Part shown: piece after piece, positions 1 through 9,312 of the stretch
Position numbering within the stretch: position 1 is the stretch's first letter
Layout: each line of letters begins with the position of its first letter
DNA from: an uncultured Muribaculaceae bacterium
GTDB lineage: Bacteria > Bacillota_I > Bacilli_A > RF39 > UBA660
Direction: 5' to 3'
DNA: 32,000 bases
NCBI GenBank assembly: GCA_964408085.1
Contig: CAYOYB010000003.1
Coordinates: forward strand, 99,314-131,313
Notes under the pieces: generated by a model
Told to the model about the DNA's origin: nothing
The model's database searches: none
What the model saw: only the letters and a program-made list of their open reading frames with translations
Made by a program: the position numbers and the translations under genes

Positions 1-532
1 CTAATAAAAGCGTTTCATGTATATGTTCGATAATTTCATTTTCATCTTCATAAGTTTTAGAATAAATATCAGCTAGGTGTAAATACTTATTAACTAGCAT
101 ATCAGCAATACTTGCTTGATAATCACCAGTTGTTTTTATTTCTATAATTGTTCGATCAGAACTTGATATATTCTTTTTAAATTGCTCCTCTTGATTAGGA
201 CTATTACTTAAAATATTTTCACGAAAATTTGGTTTAATATAAACAATATAATTGACATCACGATAGAATAAAGCATCATTAATACTTTCTTCGTCATTTT
301 TTATATCTTTTATATTAGTGTGTTCAGTTAGATATTCAATAAAATCATTAGTAATACCTTTATTTTCATCTTCATTAATAATTAAAATATCTGGCTTACT
401 AGCAGTAAAATTTACATTACTGTCACTAGTTTGGAAATTTAAACCTCCAAAAGCAACTAACATAACTGTATAAATAATAACAGTTACTTTATATCTATTT
501 AGTACTTGCAAAAATGTTTTAAATACTGTCAT
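1..532 (-). CDS. ABC-2 type transporter permease, second subunit (5' part only; gene continues past the left edge)
   Basis: Not in the ORF track because it runs off the window. My hand translation of the minus strand starts at ATG 532-530, with AAGGAGG 7 nt upstream, and stays open to base 1: MTVFKTFLQVLNRYKVTVIIYTVMLVAFGGLNFQTSDSNVNFTASKPDILIINEDENKG... It has an N-terminal TM helix followed by a long polar stretch, the same layout as the adjacent permease. The start overlaps that gene's stop by 14 nt. Confidence 0.6.
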   Translation of the reverse strand, partial: MTVFKTFLQVLNRYKVTVIIYTVMLVAFGGLNFQTSDSNVNFTASKPDILIINEDENKGITNDFIEYLTEHTNIKDIKNDEESINDALFYRDVNYIVYIKPNFRENILSNSPNQEEQFKKNISSSDRTIIEIKTTGDYQASIADMLVNKYLHLADIYSKTYEDENEIIEHIHETLLL

Positions 533-1697
533 ATTTTTGCCTCCTTAGTGCTAATGCTGATAAAACAATCATAATAAGGCTAAATATTAATAAACTTATG
601 ACATTAAAATAAAACCTATTATAAGTATTATAATAATATAATGAGTAAAGCCCATCAGTTATCATATTAACAGGGTTTAATTTATTAACGATAGGAGCAT
701 TTGTATCAATTATATACTTCATCGTTATTCCCATCATTCCTGATAAGAAACTGCCTAACATTGTGAAAGCTATAATAATTCCTGTTTTTAAGTTTTCATT
801 AGCTTTAAAAATAGTACCAACAGCTAGACCTAATGATAATCCTGCTAAAGAACCAACTACTGATAATAAAATAATTAATGGAAGGTTGTTACCATAATCA
901 ACTTTTAATACAAAAATTGTATAGATAAATAAAATAAATAGCCCAATTATTTGAACAATGAAACTAGATAATAAACTAGAGAAAATTATTTTAATTTTAT
1001 TAGTAGGAGAAACAGCAATTCTTTTACCATTGCTACTCATATTAGCTAAATTTTGATTTATAGCTGTCATACCAATAATACCACCATATAAAGCTGTCAT
1101 CGCAATCAAAGTATAAAATTCAATCATAGTATAACTTAATTTTTTACTTGTAATATCACGAATTTCTAAAGAACTAGTGTCTAACATACTTGTCGCATCT
1201 TCGCGAATTTTCTGAATAAATTCTTCAATATTACCATCAACTACTCCACTATTTAATTTTGCTTGAATTACATTAGTTAAAACATTCTCATTTTGAATAA
1301 TTTCTTCAGTTACATATTTTAAAATAGTTTGATTAGTTCCACTTGTTTTAACAATAATACTAGGAGTTTCTTCAATTAGTAAATAACCTGATATTTCATC
1401 ATTTTCGAGCATTTTTTTTGCTTCATCTAAATCAACATATTTAATATTAAATAACTGGTCAGATGATGTTTCATCACCAAGTGTTTTAAAAGATTCCTTT
1501 AAAGCAATATTACTATTAAATTGTTCATTCTCAACAATAGCTATATCAATAATATCTAGTTTCTCACTATTTTCAATATTAGAAAAAGCTAGATAGAAAA
1601 ATGTTCCTAAAATAATTGGAAAAGCATAAGTCCAAAAAATCAACATTTTATTTTTAAATAATGTTTTTAAACTATATTTTAAATTATGTAAAAACAT
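519..1697 (-). CDS. ABC-2 type transporter permease
   Basis: 392 aa. It has an N-terminal TM helix (MLIFWTYAFPIILGTFFYLAF), a polar loop of about 150 aa, then about five hydrophobic helices in the C-terminal half. The start shares one base with the ATPase stop (TAATG), so the two are translationally coupled. Confidence 0.75.
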   Translation of the reverse strand: MFLHNLKYSLKTLFKNKMLIFWTYAFPIILGTFFYLAFSNIENSEKLDIIDIAIVENEQFNSNIALKESFKTLGDETSSDQLFNIKYVDLDEAKKMLENDEISGYLLIEETPSIIVKTSGTNQTILKYVTEEIIQNENVLTNVIQAKLNSGVVDGNIEEFIQKIREDATSMLDTSSLEIRDITSKKLSYTMIEFYTLIAMTALYGGIIGMTAINQNLANMSSNGKRIAVSPTNKIKIIFSSLLSSFIVQIIGLFILFIYTIFVLKVDYGNNLPLIILLSVVGSLAGLSLGLAVGTIFKANENLKTGIIIAFTMLGSFLSGMMGITMKYIIDTNAPIVNKLNPVNMITDGLYSLYYYNTYNRFYFNVISLLIFSLIMIVLSALALRRQKYDSI

Positions 1698-2635
1698 TAG
1701 TCACGCAATTCCTTTCCTGTAAGATATAAGAAAACATCATTTAAGGTTGGTCTTTCGGAATAAATTTTATCATAATGAACATCAACTTTTTTTAAATAGT
1801 CAATTAGAGAACTTAGATTATTTTTTCCTTTTTTATAAGTTATAAATAAAATTCCACTATTATATGTTGCTTCATCAACATTTTTAAATTGCTTTATTTC
1901 TTCTAATATTTTTTCATCTAAATCATCAATTTCAACTGTAACTTTTTCTTCAATTTTTGATAATTCTTTTAATTCATCATTAGTTCCACTAGCAATGATT
2001 TTTCCTTTATCGATAATTATTACTCTATCACAAAGAATTTCAACTTCCTCCATATAATGTGTTGTATAAATAATAGTCGCACCTTTATCACGAAGTTTTT
2101 TAATGCCATCTAAAATGTTATTACGACTTTGTGGGTCAACTGCAACAGTTGGTTCGTCTAAAAAAATTAATTTTGGTTTATGGGCAATTCCACAAGCAAT
2201 ATTTAATCTTCTGAGTAACCCACCTGATAATTGTTTAGGATAAAATTTCTTAAAATCTTCTAGTCCAACTAATTTTATTGCATCATCAATATATTTTCTT
2301 CTAGTTTCTTTATCTTTAATATATAGTCCACAAAAATAATCAATATTATCAATAACAGTAAGTTCTTCAAAAACAGCTACTTCTTGAAAAACAACTCCAA
2401 TATCTTTTTTAATATCATAAGCATTAGGACTCATTTCATGATCAAAAATAGTAATTTTGCCACTTTCAAAATTTAATAGTGATAAAATACAATTAATTGT
2501 TGTCGATTTTCCACTTCCATTAGGTCCAAGAAGACCTAGTATTTCACCTTTTTTAACATCAAATGATAAATCATCAACAGCTTTAAAATCTTTGTATTTT
2601 TTTGTTAAATTTTCTACACTTAAAATAGATTTCAT
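1697..2635 (-). CDS. ABC transporter ATP-binding protein (ABC-2/NatA-like subfamily)
   Basis: Motifs present: Walker A GPNGSGKST, Q-loop, signature LSGGLLRRL, Walker B LIFLDEPT, H-loop TTHYM. It carries an extra C-terminal domain of about 90 aa and is the first gene of a three-gene minus-strand operon. Confidence 0.9.
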   Translation of the reverse strand: MKSILSVENLTKKYKDFKAVDDLSFDVKKGEILGLLGPNGSGKSTTINCILSLLNFESGKITIFDHEMSPNAYDIKKDIGVVFQEVAVFEELTVIDNIDYFCGLYIKDKETRRKYIDDAIKLVGLEDFKKFYPKQLSGGLLRRLNIACGIAHKPKLIFLDEPTVAVDPQSRNNILDGIKKLRDKGATIIYTTHYMEEVEILCDRVIIIDKGKIIASGTNDELKELSKIEEKVTVEIDDLDEKILEEIKQFKNVDEATYNSGILFITYKKGKNNLSSLIDYLKKVDVHYDKIYSERPTLNDVFLYLTGKELRD

Positions 2636-2782
2636 TTATTCACTCCAATCAATTTAATTATAATATATATATTATTAAAACTAAAGTTTTATAATATTAA
2701 TTTTAAAATTTTTTATTAGAACCAATGTTAACTCAACCATCTAATAAAATTTCTAAAAAATCGTCTGTTTTTTATTTCCCTT

Positions 2783-3472
2783 TTAGACTCTACTTATAAT
2801 AATAGATGTTTTACTTTTACCTAGGTAGTTACCTGTTTCATCAAAATCATCAGCGTCATAAGTAAAGGCTTCTAAAGTGATATCAGATGCAACCTCACCT
2901 GCTTTATCGCCACCTGTTAGTTTTATAGATGTCAAAATAGTATTATCATTATATTCTTCCTCTGTTACATGACTGTACCAAGCTCCATCTTGAACATGTA
3001 TATCATCATATAAGTAAAGTTGAATATAATTAAATACATCATCTGTATCTTTAGGAGACAAAATATATTTAGATATATTTTCATTATTTGTAGTCGTAAA
3101 ACTTATTTTATAACCAATTTTATAAGCATCAATATTATTATAATTTTGATAGTATTGATTCCAAAGAGCTTTCTGAGTATTAGTAGCCAGAGTTTCATCT
3201 TTTGTATAATAAATTTCTAATGAACATAAATCTTGACCTGTTATAAACGATGTTTGGTAAGTCGTTAATTTTTGTCTATTAGTATTTTTATCGTAATACA
3301 TATAGAAACTAAGTTCGATAGGGTTAGTATCAATATATTTATCTTCTTTTTTTTCTTCTTTTGGTTGTTCTATTTCTTTTTTATTAGGGGCTTCCTCATT
3401 TGTTTTTTCTAAATTTTTAGTACAACCTGTTAATAAACTTAAAATTAATATCATTAAAAATATTTTTTTCAT
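2783..3472 (-). CDS. Lipoprotein of unknown function
   Basis: Signal peptide with lipobox MKKIFLMILILSLLTGC, then a low-complexity K/E-rich linker. I prefer the ATG at 3472 (GGGTG 5 nt upstream) to the track start at 3484. Confidence 0.7.
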   Translation of the reverse strand: MKKIFLMILILSLLTGCTKNLEKTNEEAPNKKEIEQPKEEKKEDKYIDTNPIELSFYMYYDKNTNRQKLTTYQTSFITGQDLCSLEIYYTKDETLATNTQKALWNQYYQNYNNIDAYKIGYKISFTTTNNENISKYILSPKDTDDVFNYIQLYLYDDIHVQDGAWYSHVTEEEYNDNTILTSIKLTGGDKAGEVASDITLEAFTYDADDFDETGNYLGKSKTSIIISRV

Positions 3473-3590
3473 ATTTTCACCCATTTAATTTTAGCACATA
3501 TTTAGACTTTTTACTATTAATTTTGAATTATTGACTATGATTTTTTTGTTTGTTATAATTGAATAAATTTGATATATAGGGAGGATATTT

Positions 3591-4832
3591 ATGAATTTTA
3601 CTGGTAGACCTAAACCATCAACCTTTTTTATAGGGGTTTTACTAGCTATTGTTGTATTGTTTTTAAAATTAAAAAATGATTTCTTAAAAAAACCGATAGA
3701 AGAACAATCTAAAGAACCAGAGATAGTTTTAAGTAATAATGTTATTAGTACTGAAGATGTTATTTTATATACTAAAAATAATAATGAATTTATCGAGAGT
3801 GGGAAAGTTTTTAAAGATGTTAATTTAACATTGGATGGTAAAGATGATAAATATTATAAAGTAATTGGCCTTGATAAAGATTATTATGTTGCAGGTACAG
3901 GTTTAAAAAATGCTGAACCAATTACATATGATACACGATATAAAAATTATATTGTTTTTAATTCAAATATTGTAATTAATGATACATTAGATTTATATGA
4001 TGAAAATAATAATCTAACTTTTAGTTTAAATGGGGATTTTAGTTTACCAATTTATATAAAAGATGATGAGCGTTATGGTGTTGAATTCGCTGATAGAATT
4101 TTATATGTAAAAGCTGATAGTGGTAAAACAATCGAAAATCATAATACTGATGCTGTAAATACAAAAGGAATTGGAACTTTAAATTATCACTTTTTCTATG
4201 ATGATAGTATTGCCGAAGAACGAAGCGATTGTAATCAAGAAATATGTGCTTCAAAAACACAGTTTAAGGAACATTTAGACTATATTAAAAATAATAATTT
4301 TTTTACACCAACAATGAAAGAATTAGAAATGTATATTGATGGTAAAATTCAATTACCTAAAAGTGTTGTTATTACGATTGATGATGGTTGGCGTGTTGAT
4401 TTAGGAATTCAAATGTTAGAAGAGTACGAATTAAATGCTACATTATTTGTAATAACAAGCTGGTATGATCCACAAAGTTTTAAAAGTCCTTATGTTGAAA
4501 TCCATTCTCATAGTGATAGTATGCATGATGGAGGTGTTTGCCCAACTGGACAAGGTGGTGGAATTCAATGTCTACCTAAAGAAACAATTTTAAATGACTT
4601 AAAAACTAGTAGTGATAAAATTGGTGGTTCAACTGTTTTCTGTTATCCTTTTTATGAATATAATGATTATTCTATCTCAGTATTACAAGAAGCAGGATTT
4701 ACTTTAGCCTTTGCTGGTGAAAGTAGTCGTAGCGATAATTTAATTAAAGTTGGAAGTAATAAATATAAATTACCAAGATTTGTTGTTGTAGATTATACAA
4801 CAATGACAGATTTTGCAAATTATTTAGGATAA
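3591..4832 (+). CDS. Polysaccharide deacetylase (NodB homology domain) with N-terminal membrane anchor
   Basis: 413 aa. It has an N-terminal TM helix and NodB motifs VVITIDDGW and HSHSDSMH. A GGGAGG SD and a TGtTATAAT extended -10 lie upstream. Confidence 0.8.
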   Translation: MNFTGRPKPSTFFIGVLLAIVVLFLKLKNDFLKKPIEEQSKEPEIVLSNNVISTEDVILYTKNNNEFIESGKVFKDVNLTLDGKDDKYYKVIGLDKDYYVAGTGLKNAEPITYDTRYKNYIVFNSNIVINDTLDLYDENNNLTFSLNGDFSLPIYIKDDERYGVEFADRILYVKADSGKTIENHNTDAVNTKGIGTLNYHFFYDDSIAEERSDCNQEICASKTQFKEHLDYIKNNNFFTPTMKELEMYIDGKIQLPKSVVITIDDGWRVDLGIQMLEEYELNATLFVITSWYDPQSFKSPYVEIHSHSDSMHDGGVCPTGQGGGIQCLPKETILNDLKTSSDKIGGSTVFCYPFYEYNDYSISVLQEAGFTLAFAGESSRSDNLIKVGSNKYKLPRFVVVDYTTMTDFANYLG

Positions 4833-4836
4833 AATA

Positions 4837-4875
4837 AAATCTATTAGTATTTTTTAACTAATAGATTTTTTATAT
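4837..4875. terminator. Bidirectional rho-independent terminator between convergent genes
   Basis: The stem AAATCTATTAG / CTAATAGATTT has an A-run on its left and a T-run on its right. It sits between the stop at 4832 (+) and the stop at 4877 (-). Confidence 0.7.
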
Positions 4876-4876
4876 T

Positions 4877-5728
4877 TTATATTTTTTCTATATTATTAAT
4901 ATTAATCGCGCAAGTTACAGTATCACCTATACCAATTACGACGCGATCTCCATTTATCTCTAAAACATCATAAGCATCATAATAAAGAACAAAAGGTTCA
5001 CCATTATATTGAATAGCGTTCTTTACTTTTACTTTATCTCCAACATTAATTAATGCATTACCTTCAATAATTCTAACAATACAATCATTATTAACCCAGC
5101 CAATATTGCCATCATTTAATAAATAAGGATTTCTAACATTTTCTAATATTTTAGTAATAGTTCCTGTCGTAACTAAAGGAGTCATCATATTTTCATCAAC
5201 AGAAGAAATATAAACACCATTTATTTCAACATTATCACCTATTTTATAACCTGATTCTGGTTTTGTAATACCAAAGTAATTATAAAAACTATCTATATTG
5301 ACTTGACCATTTGTTTCATCAAAGTATGATTTTTGCTCTCTTGTATCAATATGACTATAATTAGAACCATACCCAATTCCTAAGATTCCTAAATCCTCAG
5401 CAATAAGGCAAACATCTTTAGAATCGATTAAATTATTTTCAGAATTATAACACATAATATCAGCTGCCATACCTTTAGAATGGTATCCTAAAAAGCCCCC
5501 AATAGCTTCATCAAAATCATTACTACGATAACCCGATGTGATTTTAATTATGCTACAATTTAATTTAGAGAATATTTGTTCTAGCATTTCAGGAAGTCGT
5601 TCATCAATTAAAACAGTATCAGTTGTTAATCTATCTTGCTCATCCCAAAAACTTCTAAATTCCCAAACTTGAAAATGTGGTGTTAAAAATAAATTTTTAT
5701 CTTTTTCATATGAATATTCTTTTACCAT
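4877..5728 (-). CDS. Peptidase M15 (VanY/M15A-like zinc D-Ala-D-Ala carboxypeptidase fold) with two C-terminal SH3-like repeats
   Basis: M15 metal/catalytic motifs are present: ITSGYRS, HSKGMAADI (HxxGxAxD) and SHIDT. The C-terminal half carries two IGDxVxI...-type repeats. There is no signal peptide. A GGAGG SD lies upstream. Confidence 0.7.
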   Translation of the reverse strand: MVKEYSYEKDKNLFLTPHFQVWEFRSFWDEQDRLTTDTVLIDERLPEMLEQIFSKLNCSIIKITSGYRSNDFDEAIGGFLGYHSKGMAADIMCYNSENNLIDSKDVCLIAEDLGILGIGYGSNYSHIDTREQKSYFDETNGQVNIDSFYNYFGITKPESGYKIGDNVEINGVYISSVDENMMTPLVTTGTITKILENVRNPYLLNDGNIGWVNNDCIVRIIEGNALINVGDKVKVKNAIQYNGEPFVLYYDAYDVLEINGDRVVIGIGDTVTCAININNIEKI

Positions 5729-5788
5729 TTTTTAAACCTCCACTCAATATATCATATGAAAGATAATATTAATGGAAAGTGTATTTGT

Positions 5789-6865
5789 TTAATAAACTCT
5801 TAAAACATCACTACCATTTATGATACTAGTAGAATATAAAAACAAAATATCTTGATTATTTAACTCTATCTTATCCATTAAATAATTTAGATTACCATAT
5901 CTTAAATCAATTAAGGTAATTTTTTTATAGCCATTAAGCATAAGTGGCGCAAATGAACTAGTGTATGAATCTCTAAAAATAATTAATTCTTTTCCATCTT
6001 CTATATTATTATTAATTATTTCTTCATACGCTGTTGCTCCTGATAAAAAAATATCATAAGAATCAACTGTTCCAAATTTTAAATAATCATAAATTTTATC
6101 GTATTCGCTTTGAATATTATAAACAGTTGCTTTATCAATAATGTCATTATGAAGGATATTTAAACTTTCTCCTTCTTTTTTTATTAAAAGCTGTCCATAG
6201 TAAGTCCCATAAAATGGATGATATTCTTCTATTCTATAATTATCATCAACATAAAAATTCATTATTGTAGATAATTTTTGGATTGCTTTATTAATTTTAT
6301 CTTGTTTTAAGTGATGATCAGTATAATAGTAACTATTTAAATCAATTGTATCAGTGATATCAATATAAGTTATTTCTTTATTAATATTGTCCATATTTTT
6401 AAATAAAGAATTATAATCAAATTTCTTATATTTAGAACTATCTAAATAATAATTTTTCTCTGGAATAATTGAATAATAAACATTCATATCTTTTAAGTAG
6501 TTATCATATATATAATTAATTTTTTCTGTAAATTTATTTATTTGTTTTTCATCATATATATTTTCATATTTAAAATAATGATTATTATAATAAAATAAAT
6601 TATTAACATCTGTTTTTCCTAGTAAGAACTCTATATCTATTTTTAATTTACGGAAATCATTCCTAAAAATAAAATGGTCAGCAATATATCCATCTAACTC
6701 AGCTGTACTTTCTTTATTTAGTAAACTATTTAAAGTAATATTAGGGAGTACTGCTAATTTACGTCTTTCATAATAAGAAATTTCTTCTTTTTTAGAAAAA
6801 ATATTTAAAAGCATAATACTAAAAATAATCAGCATAAAACTTATAACTAATAATTTTTCTTTCAT
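5789..6865 (-). CDS. DHHW-family protein (accessory partner of MBOAT O-acyltransferases)
   Basis: 358 aa with an N-terminal TM anchor and the family motif YYTDHHL. It lies immediately downstream of the MBOAT gene (9-nt gap) and has an AGGTGA SD. Confidence 0.7.
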   Translation of the reverse strand: MKEKLLVISFMLIIFSIMLLNIFSKKEEISYYERRKLAVLPNITLNSLLNKESTAELDGYIADHFIFRNDFRKLKIDIEFLLGKTDVNNLFYYNNHYFKYENIYDEKQINKFTEKINYIYDNYLKDMNVYYSIIPEKNYYLDSSKYKKFDYNSLFKNMDNINKEITYIDITDTIDLNSYYYTDHHLKQDKINKAIQKLSTIMNFYVDDNYRIEEYHPFYGTYYGQLLIKKEGESLNILHNDIIDKATVYNIQSEYDKIYDYLKFGTVDSYDIFLSGATAYEEIINNNIEDGKELIIFRDSYTSSFAPLMLNGYKKITLIDLRYGNLNYLMDKIELNNQDILFLYSTSIINGSDVLRVY

Positions 6866-6874
6866 AAAATCACC

Positions 6875-8239
6875 TTAAAATCTAAAATATATAAATGGAT
6901 TAAATGTTGAATCTACTAAATAAGCTGTTGAGATTAGTAGTAGTCCAATATAAATAATTGGTTCTAAAAAGGTTAGTGTTTTTAACTTTTTTTCTTTAAT
7001 GTATTTAATAATAGATGTTGCACAAATAAGGCTAATAATTAAGATTATTGCGTAACTTTTTAGATAATATAATGTATTAAAATTTATAAATGGTAAATTA
7101 GAAGCACCAAACATCGATTTAAAAAATAAACCTAAATTATTAATATCAGTAATATTAAATATAACAAAACTAATGATTATTAAAATTAGACTATAAAGAT
7201 GCGATAATATTTTGTGATTTTCTAAAAATTTTTTTAAACATAATTTTTCAATAATTAGAATAATTCCAAAATATAATCCCCACAAAATAAAATTCCAACT
7301 TGCACCATGCCATAAACCAGTTAATGCCCAAACAACTAAGATATTGCGAATTAATTTAAATTTTGATACACGATTTCCTCCTAATGGTATATAAATATAA
7401 TCTTTAAACCATCTAGACAATGATATATGCCAACGTCGCCAAAAATCTGTAATTGATTTAGCCATTAAAGGATAGTCAAAGTTTTCCAAGAAGTTAAAAT
7501 TAAACATTTTACCTAATCCTATAGCCATATCTGAATAGCCTGAAAAATCAAAATAAATTTGTATAGTAAAAGAAAGCGCTAATAACCAATATAAAATAAC
7601 AGATTTATCACTCATATCAGTTAAAATATTGATTAAAAGTCCTATGTTATTGGCAATAATAACTTTTTTAGATAAACCTATTATAAATCTTTTTATGCCT
7701 AAATATAAATTAGAAAAATTTAGTTTTCGATTATTAATATCCTCTTTGATTTCAGAAAATCTAACAATAGGTCCAGCTACTAACTGAGCAAAAAAGGTTA
7801 TATAAAGTAAATAATCTAATAAGCTGTTTGCTTTTTCTTTATAGTTTTTATAAACATCAACTAAATAACTTATATTTTGGAATGTAAAAAAACTAATTCC
7901 AATTGGCATAATAAGATTTTTAATAAACAAATTTGTATTAAAAAAGACATTTATATTTTGAAATATAAAGTTAGTGTATTTAAAATATAGTAATGGTAGT
8001 AAATTTATAATAATACCAAATACTAATAATTTTTTATTATTGGTTATTTTTTTAGATAATAAATAGTTTAAAATAGAACTGATTAATAAAATTAAAATGT
8101 ATTTACCTTCTCCATAAAAGTAAAATAATAAACTAAAAAGAATTAAAATTATACTTTTAAAGCGATTAGGTGTTACAAAATAAATTAAAAATAGTATTGG
8201 CAAAAAAAAGTATATAAATGTTAAACTAGAAAAAACCAT
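6875..8239 (-). CDS. MBOAT family O-acyltransferase (AlgI/DltB-like)
   Basis: 454 aa, polytopic. It carries the conserved MBOAT block FWRRWHISLSRWFKDYIYIPLGGNR and GLWHGASWNF, which includes the catalytic His. Confidence 0.9.
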   Translation of the reverse strand: MVFSSLTFIYFFLPILFLIYFVTPNRFKSIILILFSLLFYFYGEGKYILILLISSILNYLLSKKITNNKKLLVFGIIINLLPLLYFKYTNFIFQNINVFFNTNLFIKNLIMPIGISFFTFQNISYLVDVYKNYKEKANSLLDYLLYITFFAQLVAGPIVRFSEIKEDINNRKLNFSNLYLGIKRFIIGLSKKVIIANNIGLLINILTDMSDKSVILYWLLALSFTIQIYFDFSGYSDMAIGLGKMFNFNFLENFDYPLMAKSITDFWRRWHISLSRWFKDYIYIPLGGNRVSKFKLIRNILVVWALTGLWHGASWNFILWGLYFGIILIIEKLCLKKFLENHKILSHLYSLILIIISFVIFNITDINNLGLFFKSMFGASNLPFINFNTLYYLKSYAIILIISLICATSIIKYIKEKKLKTLTFLEPIIYIGLLLISTAYLVDSTFNPFIYFRF

Positions 8240-8264
8240 ATAAAAGAAAAATCCTAAATTAGGA

Positions 8265-8732
8265 TTAGTCTAACGCTTGAAATGACTTTTGGAAGTCTTT
8301 AGAATAGTCATTTACCATTATTAAAATTATCATATCGCCTTTACTATCAACAATAACATCTTTTTCCTCAACTCCAACGCAAACCCATTTTCTAGGATCA
8401 ACAGAGGATTTAATTTTTTCTTTTGTAGCCCCAATGTCAGCTCCTTCATTCATACGAATTAATACAACAGAATGAGCTATGGCATTAATGAATGGTTCAC
8501 TAGCTAGCCCTTCTTTGTAATCAATATCAGATGTACCTAAATAGTATTCAATATTTTCATCAGTTATTTCTGTTTGTTGTAACTTAGGTGTTTCTTCATC
8601 TACACCAGCATATACTTTGTTCATTATATCTGATAAATTACCTTCGATATTTTTTTCCTTTTTATCTCCACAACCTGTAAAAAATAAACAGGCAATTAGT
8701 AATAGACTTCCTATTTTTTTTAAATTTTTCAT
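8265..8732 (-). CDS. Lipoprotein, DUF4358-like (commonly precedes MBOAT/DHHW pairs in Clostridia)
   Basis: Lipobox LLIACLFFTGC. I prefer the ATG at 8732 (AAGGTGAGG 6 nt upstream) to the GTG at 8744. The family assignment is from memory of the gene-neighbourhood pattern, not from a search. Confidence 0.6.
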   Translation of the reverse strand: MKNLKKIGSLLLIACLFFTGCGDKKEKNIEGNLSDIMNKVYAGVDEETPKLQQTEITDENIEYYLGTSDIDYKEGLASEPFINAIAHSVVLIRMNEGADIGATKEKIKSSVDPRKWVCVGVEEKDVIVDSKGDMIILIMVNDYSKDFQKSFQALD

Positions 8733-8845
8733 ACTTTTCCTCACCTTCTATTTTCAAACTAAATTTCTATTAAAATTATAGCACACAATTTATATTAAGA
8801 CAATTGATAGTTTAGTGATTTTATCACAAAGCAATAGCCAATAAC

Positions 8846-8874
8846 TTGCAAAACAATTAAGATTGTGCTAATAT
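8846..8874 (+). promoter_or_regulatory. Sigma-A-type promoter for the small RNA
   Basis: TTGCAA (8846-8851), a 17-nt spacer, then TAATAT (8869-8874) preceded by TGc (extended -10). Confidence 0.55.
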
Positions 8875-8880
8875 GTATAT

Positions 8881-8995
8881 AGATGAAGTTTTCTTCATAA
8901 AATAAAAAAGGATACATTTGATTGGCAGAATCAAATGCATTCCCTTATTGGATTGCATCTGAAATCACATAGTTGTGAGATCAGATGTTTTTATT
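8881..8995 (+). ncRNA. Candidate antisense small RNA (type I antitoxin-like), about 115 nt
   Basis: It starts a few nt after the promoter above. It has three hairpins: ATGAAG/CTTCAT (8883-8898), GGATACATTTGATT/AATCAAATGCATTCC (8910-8943), and CATCTGA...TCAGATG (8956-8987). The last is followed by TTTTTATT, giving an intrinsic terminator. It contains only a 5-codon ORF. It is fully complementary to the 3' end of the convergent peptide mRNA. Confidence 0.45.
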
Positions 8996-9071
8996 ATCTA
9001 AATAGTAAGGTGATTACTATAAAAAATAATAGTAGAATTACAATAAATTGAGATATCTCTCTTTTTGTCAT
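8994..9071 (-). CDS. 25-aa hydrophobic peptide MTKREISQFIVILLLFFIVITLLFR (type I toxin-like)
   Basis: ATG at 9071 has a strong SD (AAGGTGGTGG) 6 nt upstream. The peptide has a charged N-terminus followed by a single TM-length hydrophobic run. This is an internal start within the 68-aa track ORF, whose own TTG start has no SD. Confidence 0.45.
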   Translation of the reverse strand: MTKREISQFIVILLLFFIVITLLFR

Positions 9072-9150
9072 AATTAACCACCACCTTTCTTTTATCTTTT
9101 GATAAATAGAAAGGGAAAGCATCTGATATATTTCAAATGTATCCACCAAT

Positions 9151-9179
9151 ATTATAGCAAACATTTGTTCTTGTTTCGA
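9151..9179 (-). promoter_or_regulatory. Promoter for the small-peptide mRNA
   Basis: The minus strand reads TCGAAA, 17 nt, TGcTATAAT (a perfect extended -10). This would give a 5' UTR of about 70 nt. Confidence 0.45.
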
Positions 9180-9312
9180 TTGCTTTTTAAAAGTTTTCAA
9201 ATAACATAAAAATTTTTATTTTAACTAATCTTTTATATTGAATAATTATTTTCTTAGACTAAATTAACCATATAAACTTAAAACTATGATATAATTTATT
9301 TAGGTGGTAAAC

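Noticed and set aside
8994-9200. 68-aa minus-strand ORF as a real protein
   Set aside because: Its TTG start has no SD, and the ORF would include the TGcTATAAT promoter I infer at 9151-9159. The internal ATG at 9071 has a near-perfect SD and yields a typical 25-aa hydrophobic peptide, so I call the short form instead.
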